Shown: one piece after another, positions 10,863-18,909 of the stretch | Numbering within the stretch: the stretch's first letter is position 1 | How the letters are laid out: each line of letters begins with the position of its first letter | NCBI GenBank assembly: GCA_030867685.1 | Contig: JAQOWU010000003.1 | Location: forward strand, 1,347,226-1,367,225 | DNA: 20,000 bases | Source: Wickerhamiella versatilis | Lineage: Eukaryota | Direction of reading: 5' to 3' | Position numbers and translations under genes: made by a program | The notes under the pieces: generated by a model | Seen by the model: only the letters and a program-made list of their open reading frames with translations | Database searches by the model: none | Told to the model about the DNA's origin: nothing

Positions 10863-10900
10863 CCACCATCACGTAATACCTCTTTCATCGTATTGACAAC

Positions 10901-11770
10901 ATGCCAGTACCTACGTTCAAGCTCAATACCGGAGTTAGTATTCCTGCTATTGGATTTGGTACCTATAAGTGTAAGGAAGGGGATGGTCAGAAGGCTATAT
11001 TGGAAGCTGTTAAAGCCGGATATAGATCATTTGATACCGCTACGATATACGGAAATGAGGAAGAGGTGGGATCTGCCTTGAAGCAGAGCGGCCTGCCAAG
11101 ATCAGAATTCTTTATTACGACAAAAGTGTGGATGACTCGCAGTCACGACCCCGAAGCCTCGCTGGATGAGAGCTTGAAACGACTGGGAACTGACTACGTT
11201 GACCTATTCTTGATCCATTGGCCTATAACGCAGTTTCCTGATGGGAAACTTGATCCCAACATAAATTACATTGATTTCTGGAAGGCCATGGAGGCAATCC
11301 CCAAAACTAAGGCGCGGGCCATAGGTGTTTCCAACTTCACGGTTAACAAGCTTAAGAAGCTTCTAGAGACCGCGAAAGTTGTACCTGCGGTGGATCAATG
11401 TGAGCTTCACCCTCGATTGCAGCAACAAAAGCTCGTGGATTTCTGTCATGAGCATGGGATCCTTCCTGAAGCCTTCGCCCCCTTGGGTCACGGTAAACTA
11501 GCTCAAACTGGCGTTGACGAGGTTGCAAAGAAACATGGTGCTGACATGGGCCAGATAGCGATTTCTTGGAATGTGCAGCGTGGGGTTGGAGTGATTCCCA
11601 AGACTTCCACGCCCTCCAGAATGAAGACCAATCAAGAGCTTGTCCATCTCGACAGCGATGACTTGGAAAAGATTAAGGAGCTTGGTAAGAATCCAATGCG
11701 AACATGCCCGCCCAATCCAAGTTGGGAAGGTGGTGAAGATGTATTTGAAAATGATGTAGATGTAAAATAG
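10901..11770 (+). CDS. NADPH-dependent aldo-keto reductase (Gcy1/Ypr1-like)
   Basis: Motifs IPAIGFGT, GYRSFDTATIYGNE (catalytic D,Y), FITTKVW (K), DLFLIHWP (H), IGVSNF, ELHP and VIPKT are all present. Confidence 0.93.
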   Translation: MPVPTFKLNTGVSIPAIGFGTYKCKEGDGQKAILEAVKAGYRSFDTATIYGNEEEVGSALKQSGLPRSEFFITTKVWMTRSHDPEASLDESLKRLGTDYVDLFLIHWPITQFPDGKLDPNINYIDFWKAMEAIPKTKARAIGVSNFTVNKLKKLLETAKVVPAVDQCELHPRLQQQKLVDFCHEHGILPEAFAPLGHGKLAQTGVDEVAKKHGADMGQIAISWNVQRGVGVIPKTSTPSRMKTNQELVHLDSDDLEKIKELGKNPMRTCPPNPSWEGGEDVFENDVDVK

Positions 11771-11835
11771 GTCTATGTAGCCTTTGAGCCTGTGATTTTC
11801 CACTAAAACTCGGACCCTTAGTAATATCTTCAAAA

Positions 11836-12111
11836 ATGTCATTCCTTGGTTTGGGCGGAAAACAGGCCGTGAACGCCGACAAGTTGAAGCTTGAGGCTGC
11901 AGAAACTGAACTTGACACAGTTGCTGACCTCTTCAATAGGCTTATAGACTCGTGCCACCGCAAGTGCATCAGCGGATACAGCGATGGCGAACTTACCGCG
12001 AAAGAGGGTCTGTGTAACGATCGTTGTGTTTCGAAGTATTTCGAGGTAAATGCTAAAATTGGTGAGCAGATGCAACAGCAAGGGCAACAGTTTATGGCCC
12101 AAAGACGTTAA
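11836..12111 (+). CDS. TIM10: Mitochondrial intermembrane-space small Tim chaperone Tim10
   Basis: 91 aa with a twin CX3C motif (CHRKC, CNDRC). It starts MSFLGLGG and contains AAETELDTVADLFN and CVSKYFEVN, as in Tim10. Confidence 0.93.
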   Translation: MSFLGLGGKQAVNADKLKLEAAETELDTVADLFNRLIDSCHRKCISGYSDGELTAKEGLCNDRCVSKYFEVNAKIGEQMQQQGQQFMAQRR

Positions 12112-12736
12112 GCAAGCGCATCTTGACCCCTTCCCATGAATTTAGTTTTGGGCGGGCATCTAAATAGAAACTAGGTCTTTCCGGATGTCTTTGATCTGGA
12201 GTGCCGGTATAAAAGTCTATGATATAATCCACACGCGTTCCGCAGCGGTCGATCACCCAGTCGTGGCGGTCAAATGGTCGGGTGTCACCGAGTAGCATGT
12301 TCCAGCGGGCTTTGGGGCTCAGCTTCGAGGAATCCCCGCTGAAACTCACAAGTTTGGGCCCTCCACATGCGATCCCTTTACCCTTCTCCCATTTTAAAAT
12401 CTCTGACCAGGCCTTCTCGTTAACAGCATTATGAATCGGAATGATTGTGGCCATGTCACGCGCTTCCGGACTATAGTTTTTTCGTAGCATAGCACTGTAA
12501 AACTGTTGTTGGGATGGATATATCCAATTACCATCTTTTCCAGCTCTTGGTATTGAGGAGACCTCCCGTTGACTAGAAAGTTGCTGAGGTATATTATTTA
12601 GTGGTGGTAGGCCCTCTCCACCATTTCCATGATCTAACCACTTCTTAACTGCCTCGGGATCATTATGGTCCACAGGGCACTCTAAAGCGTTCTCTTTAGA
12701 ATCAACTTGAGAATGGTCAACCGGGCACCCGGCCAT
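12092..12736 (-). CDS. CYT2: Cytochrome c1 heme lyase (holocytochrome c1 synthase)
   Basis: The ORF-track start at 12754 is GTG; the first ATG is 12736. It has two CPVDH heme-regulatory motifs, REVSSIPR, NWIYPS, HNAVNE, PFDRHDW and YIIDFY. CGGPKLVSFSGDS and LDARPKLNSWEG favour Cyt2 over Cyc3. Confidence 0.9.
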   Translation of the reverse strand: MAGCPVDHSQVDSKENALECPVDHNDPEAVKKWLDHGNGGEGLPPLNNIPQQLSSQREVSSIPRAGKDGNWIYPSQQQFYSAMLRKNYSPEARDMATIIPIHNAVNEKAWSEILKWEKGKGIACGGPKLVSFSGDSSKLSPKARWNMLLGDTRPFDRHDWVIDRCGTRVDYIIDFYTGTPDQRHPERPSFYLDARPKLNSWEGVKMRLLNVFGP

Positions 12737-14159
12737 GTGGATTCGATTAGTCACCTTCTGGAATGACCCACAGTACTGTAAAAGCAGAACACCTCTCGCT
12801 TTTTGCGGTTAAAAGTAGTTAGCATTGATTTTTGGTGTGTGTTTTTTCCCAATCTATTTAACCGAGGTTGTGCACTAATTCTCCCTTAATTGTGGCAGTA
12901 TGACTTACAGGGATCTTGTAATCCCGACCAGGATCAAAAAAGATAGAGTCTACAATGATCATAATTTCACTTCAGTTCTGACACCATGGTATATATTGCA
13001 TCATTTATACAACGACCTTTTAAAATCCTTTTTTTTCTGGTTAAAATGCCCTTTTTCGAGGAGCTACACGCTGGGACTCAACCCTATCCCATGTAGAGTA
13101 AATCATTGGGTCCACATACATATTTATTGTTGAGATATTTGCGGAGCATGTTCCTAAATTAACCTTATCAGCCCCTTTACCCTACTGTCTGAAACAGCTT
13201 AACTGGCCAAGGAGCTAGCTCAGTTCTTCAAGATCGATACCCTCCACTTCATAAAACACCATACCACTATAGGGTCCACATTCAAGATTGGTCGGATTTT
13301 GGTGAAATATGACACTTGCGCTTCTTTAAAAACATCCCTACTTATGCTTTTTTCTCTCATCTTTAAAACGGTTTTAATAGCGAGTCTGAAAACCCACTTT
13401 ACTACTATATTGTATTGATTTTATTTCCATCGTCGCTGAATTGCTTTTCATCTATCCTTACCTTCTTACTGAAAAGGATTAGCTTTTTACTATATTCGGT
13501 AATCTCCAAGCAACTTTTGCGCGCGCATTCGTGGACCATCAGGTAATTTCCACATTAAGTAAAGTACCCTGAACCCTGGCCACTTGCAGTACTCGTCCCA
13601 CAGAAAGGCATAAATAGCGTCCAATCGCTCCCAATTCTCCATTCTTCTTACACCCACCCAGCACCAGGATCACTTCGCGCTTCCACACAATCGAGATGCC
13701 TTATCATCTTGCGCTACCCAGGTATGACCTGCCGAGGGCCAGGACCACATGATCCCACTCTCAAGTGATAGTATCATATTTATAGCGGACTGCTTCCCGT
13801 TCTCACTCCTGCTTCGAAATTAAGGCTCTTCATTTGTTGAATGCTGGCTCATACAGTACTAACTTAATGTTGTTTGAGCGAGCAATTCTAATAGACACCT
13901 CTCCGCAGCTCCCAACAACGGATGGGACAAAATTCACCGTCTACCATTATTGAAGAGATGAAGCGAGAAGCCAAAGCCAGGAGCAAAAAGCTGGGTGTCA
14001 TGGGCCCACAAAACGAAACACCCAAACTGGATTCGCTTAAATCCGCGCGCGTATCTCTCTTCCATTGGCTATACTCCACTATTCTACCGTCTACCCCTGT
14101 ATTACTGATACTTATACTTCAGTATTGATACAAATCAAAAATTAACGCAAACAATCCTT

Positions 14160-14730
14160 TGAATACTTCTGACTACTGCCTGATTCGTATCATATGTTCT
14201 TCACAAGATGAGGCGTAAGTCTTCGCTCAATGCGTATTCCTGCTTCGTGTTGCGTTCCACAAACACCAATGAATCAAAATTCATAGCAAAATGATCCGAA
14301 CAAATATCGAAAAATGCAAACGATACGGAATAAATCAAAACAAAAAGGAAAATCTCAGTATCACCTGAGTATCTGACTTCTTGACGACAACATCCGACAC
14401 AGACATACCATTCTTACTGAGGACTACTGTCTATACCAAACAAAAATTGCTCGATATCATCTCAAGGTCCTCCCTGAGGCTCTTGAGTTTGGTCAGCGGG
14501 TATTTTGTTTTGGTATTCACGGAGCTTTCCTCTCTCGTGTGCCTAATTTGGGTATAGTGCAAACTCAGATACCTCTCAAATGATGCAAGAGAACAATCAG
14601 ACAGAAACATGTCCAATATCGGTCAGATACATCCGAAATCTGTTGTATCTCCTCACTCCGACAACGGTGGAAAGCCATCCACAAAGAAATCCTAAATCGC
14701 CAGTATCCGGAAACAATATATGTGATCCTT
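14160..14730 (+). mobile_element. Decayed Ty1/copia-type pol fragment (integrase to RT start); also the most diverged first monomer of the array
   Basis: Motif remnants occur in copia order: MIRTNI at 14291 (cf. LIHTDI), LDDNIRHRHTIL at 14380 (cf. IDDYSRYRW), LEFGQRV..FGIHGAFL..VPNL at 14482-14545 (cf. Ty1 FGQPV..RGIPGYAL..YLPSL), then WKAIHKEI near 14668 (RT start). There are many stops, frameshifts and deletions. Confidence 0.55.
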
Positions 14731-15596
14731 TTACTGGTTTCAGGGGTTCTTTGACCGGATGGCAGGATACTTTTTGTCAACTGCTTTAGCAGAGTAGAGG
14801 TTTCACTCAGATCTTGGATACACACAAGCGAATCAAAACTTCAAAAATATCAATTGGATATCTTCGGTTCATTGCCGACTCAAGTCCATTCTGAACATTG
14901 TGCAGAGAAGACACATTGATATTAAGAGATTCTGACAATATGAAGAAAACATTGCTCAAAGCACTCTCAAAGTTTCCTGTAAACTCTTGAATTGGGCTAA
15001 AGGGTCAATTTTTTTTTCTATTAGCAGATTTTCCGTTTATCTTTTGCCTTCTTTGGCTGTAGCAACGAACCAAGCATATCCCAAATGGAATTCTCCTCAA
15101 AAAACAAGAAAGAGATACGTCTATTGTTTGCCAAGTATATCTGAATCTGCTGCATCTCCTCACTCCGACAAATGGTGGAAAGCCATCCACAAAGAAATCC
15201 TATCGCCAGTATCCGGAAACAATACATGTGATCCTTTTGCTGGTTCAGGTTTTCTTTGACCGGGCGGCAAGATACCTTTTGTCGACTGCTTCAGCAGAGT
15301 AGAGGTCTCGCTCAGATTTTGGATACACACAGGAATTTGGCTGTCTCACACTGGTATTCAAAAAATGTCAATTGAATATGTCTGGTTGCCGAAACGTCAG
15401 ACCCACTCGACGGAGGTATATGCATGTATACTGAGAGTTACTGGCCATATGGAGACAAAATCACTCGATATCTTCTCAAAGCTTTCCATAAAGCGTCTGA
15501 GTTTGATAAAAAGATTGAATTTTGTATCTCCATTTACAGGAATCTCTTTTATCCTTTGCCTTCTTTGGTTGTGACGGCAAAGACATCACCTTGCAT

Positions 15597-16141
15597 CAAA
15601 AGAATATCAACTAAAACAATCAAAAAAAGTCAACCAAGAACAAGCAAAATAATTTCAATCAAAATCATTTCAATCAAATACAAAAAAAAATCAACCAAGA
15701 ACAATCATTTCAATCAAAAACAACAAAAAGATATCAATCAAGAACAATCAAAATCATTTCAATCAAAAACAAAAAAAACATCAATCAAGAACAATCCAAA
15801 AAATATCAACCAAGAACAATCAAAATCATCTCAATCAAAAACAAAAAAAAGTCAATCAATCAAAAACAATAAAAAGATCTCAATCAAGAACAATCAAAAA
15901 AAATATCAATCAAATACAAAAAAAGATCAACCAAGAACAATTATTTCAATCAAAAACAAAAAAAAAGTCAATCAAGAGGAACCAAAAAAATATCAACCAA
16001 GAACAATCAAAATCATCTCAATCAAAAACAAAAAAAATGTCAACCAAGAACAATTAATTAAAAAAAAATCAAAATCATTTCCATCAAAAAAAATCACAAT
16101 CAAAAGCAATCAAAAAAATGTCAAACAAAACAATCCAACCA
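15597..16141 (+). repeat. A-rich compound microsatellite tract 1 (aatcaaaa / caaccaagaacaatc / aatcatttcaatc)
   Basis: About 545 bp of shuffled short motifs that are A-dominated with very few G on the + strand. Confidence 0.92.
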
Positions 16142-17060
16142 GTCTCCTCACTTCGACAACGGTAGAAAGCCATCCACAAAGAGATGCTATGTCGCCAGCA
16201 TCTGGAAGCAATGCATGTGATCCTTTTGCTCAGGGATTCTTTGACCGGGCGGCTAGATACCTTTTGTCAACTGCTTTAGCAGATTAGAGGTTTCACTCAT
16301 ATTGGATACACACAAGGGAATCCATCAATCAAAAATATCAATTGGATATCTTTGGTTCATTGCTGACTCCAGTTCATTCGGAACATTGTGCAGAGAAGGC
16401 ACATTGATATTAAGGGATTCTGACAATATGAAGAAAAATCACTCGATATCTTCTCAAAGTTTTCCATCAAACTTTTGATCAAAAGGTTGAGTTTTATGTC
16501 TATATTCACAGGAATCTCTTTTATCATTTGCCTTCTTTGGTCGAAGCAACAAGCCAAGCATATCTCAAATGGTATTCGCCCATCTATTGTATGACAAGCA
16601 TATCTGAATCTGCTGTGTCCCCTTACTCCGACAAATGGTGGAAAGCCATCCACAAAGAAATCCTATCGCCAGTATCTGGAAACAACATATATGATCCTTT
16701 TGCTGGTTTCAGGGTTTCTTTGACCGGGCGGCAGGATACCTTTTGTCAACTGCTTCAGCAGAGTAGAGGTTTCGCTCAGATTTTGGATACAGATATTTGG
16801 CTATCTCACACTGGTATTCAAAAAATGTCAATTGAATATGTCTGGTTGCCGAAAAGTCAGACCCACTCGACGGAGGTATACGCATGTATACTGAGAGTAC
16901 TGGCCATATGGAGACAAAATCACTCGATATCTTCTCAAAGCTTTCCATAAAGCGTCTGAGTTTGATCAAAAGATTGAATTTTGTTTCTCCACAGGAATCT
17001 CTCTATCCTTTACCTTTTTTGGTTGTGGCGGCAAAGACACAGAAAAGCCATCACCTTGCA

Positions 17061-17383
17061 TCAAAAAATAAACAGAAACCAATCAAAATAATTTCCATCA
17101 AAACCCAAAAAAATGTCAATTAAAATCATTTCAATCAAAAAAAATCGACCAAGAACAATCATTTCAATCAAAAACAAAAAAAGATATCAATCAAAAACAA
17201 AAAAAATATCAATCAAGAACAATCAAAAAAAATGTCAACCAAGAACAATCAAAAGAAAATGTCAACCAAGAACAATCAATCAAAAAAAATCATAATCAAG
17301 AACGATCAAAATCATTTCAATCAAAAACAAAAAAACTGTCAATCAAGAACAATCAAAAAATGTCAAACAAAACAATCCAATCA
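17061..17383 (+). repeat. A-rich compound microsatellite tract 2
   Basis: Same motifs and same flanks as tract 1 (caccttgca on the left, caatccaa.cagtctcct on the right); about 325 bp. Confidence 0.92.
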
Positions 17384-18629
17384 GTCTCCTCATTCGACAA
17401 CGGTGGAAGCCATTCACAAAGAAATGCTGTGTCGCCAGCATCTGGAAGCAATAAAATATGATATCCTCTTGCTGGTTTCAGATTCCTTTGACTGGGCGGC
17501 TAGATACCTTTTGTCAACTGCTTTAGCAGATTAGAGGTTTCACTCAGATCTTGGATACACACAAGGAAATCCATCAATCAAAAGTGTCAATTGGATATCT
17601 TTGGTTCATTGCTGACTCCAGTTCATTCTGAACATTGTGCAGGGAAGACACATTGATATTAAGAGATTCTGACAATATGAAGAAAACATTGCTCAAAGCA
17701 CTCTCGAAGTTTCCTGTGAAGTCTTGAATTCGGCTGAAAGGTTACTTTTTTTTCTATTAGCAGATTTTCCATTTATCTTTTGCCTTCTTTGGTCGTAGCA
17801 ACGAACCAAATATATCTCAAATGGTATTCTCCTCAAAAAAACAAGAAAGAGATACGTCTATTGTATGCCAAGTATATCTGAATCTGCTGTATCTCCTCAC
17901 TCCGACAAATGGTGGAAAGCCATCCACAAAGAAATCCTATCGCCAGTATCCGGAAACAACATATGTGATCCTTTTGCTGGTTTCAGGGTTTCTTTGACCG
18001 GGCGGTAGGATACCTTTTGTCAACTGCTTCAGCAGAGTAGAGGTTTGGCCCAGATTTTGAATACACACAGGAATTTGGCTATCTCACACTAAATGTGGTA
18101 TTCAAAAGAATCATCGAAATAATCATTATTTCAAAAAATGTCAATTGAATATGTCTGGTTGTCGAAAAGTCAGACCCACTCGACGGAGGTATATGCATGT
18201 ATACTGAGAGTTACTGGCCATATGGAGACAAAATCACTCGATATCTTCTCAAAGCTTTCCATAAAGCGTCTGAGTTTGATAAAAAGATTGAATTTTGTAT
18301 CTCCATTTACAGGAATCTCTTATCCTTTACCTTCTTTGGTTGTGGCGGCAAATCAGACATATGTTTCAAATGGCGTTATATTCAAGAGAACCATTAAGGA
18401 CAAGAGTCCTATCAGAACTCTGTCGTATATCCGAAACATTTGATGAAATTCATCCACTGTATCTCTTCGCATATTCACAAGGAAACCCTACGCTACTCGT
18501 ATTCAGAAGAAACTGATATAATCGTACTGATATCAGGAATTCTTTTTGATGAGATTGCGATATGTTCTCTGTTGACTGCTCCGAGATAGCAGACCATTTC
18601 TCAAAGATACGGAGAAGCCACCACCTTGC

Positions 18630-18909
18630 AACAAAAAATTAACAAAAACCAATCAAAAGAATATCAACTAAAACAATGAACAAAAATTCAACCAAGAACA
18701 ATCAAAAAAATATCAATCAAAAGCAATCAAAAATGTTAATCAAGAACAATCATGTCAATCAAGAACAATCAAAATCATTTCAATCAAAAACAATCAAAAA
18801 GAATATCAATCAAAACAACAATCAAAAAAAAATGTCAATCAAAACAACAATCAAAAAAAAATGTCAACCAAGAACAATCAAAAATATGTCAAACAGAACA
18901 ATCCAACCA
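18630..18909 (+). repeat. A-rich compound microsatellite tract 3
   Basis: Same motifs and flanks as tracts 1 and 2; about 280 bp. Confidence 0.92.

Noticed and set aside
158-12102. Short antisense or alternative-frame ORFs inside the conserved genes (e.g. 337-645, 1057-1398, 11498-11842)
   Set aside because: They are shadow ORFs with no recognisable motifs, overlapping well-supported genes.
12900-13133. 77-aa ORF upstream of CYT2
   Set aside because: It is short and AT-rich with no recognisable motif, so I cannot support it as a gene.
13211-13290. tRNA-like start GGAGCTAGCTCAGTT
   Set aside because: There is no GTTCRA T-loop/B-box at the right distance and no acceptor stem partner.
13128-13520. 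Possible LTR beginning TGTTGAGA
   Set aside because: No matching terminal inverted end, second copy or target-site duplication is visible.
13996-14008. tgtcatgggccca resembling a copia primer-binding site
   Set aside because: It has two mismatches, there is no adjacent LTR end, and it is in the wrong position relative to the putative pol remnants.
15597-16141. Telomeric repeat interpretation of the A-rich tracts
   Set aside because: They are internal, heterogeneous and A-rich rather than a regular C/G-strand unit, and they are embedded at a fixed monomer position.
15424-16287. 287-aa K/Q/S/I/N-rich ORF, and similar ORFs at 17113-17534 and 18676-19014
   Set aside because: They run through A/C-rich microsatellite that is depleted of stop codons, and the frames are not preserved between repeat copies.
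14895-16460. RNase H-like motifs RRHIDIKRF and LDIFSK, and an RT-like reading of SRGFTQ (cf. ARGFTQ)
   Set aside because: HIDI and DIFSK are too close together, and the homologous edge monomer reads as integrase at those positions. The colinear integrase interpretation is simpler, though the alternative is not excluded.
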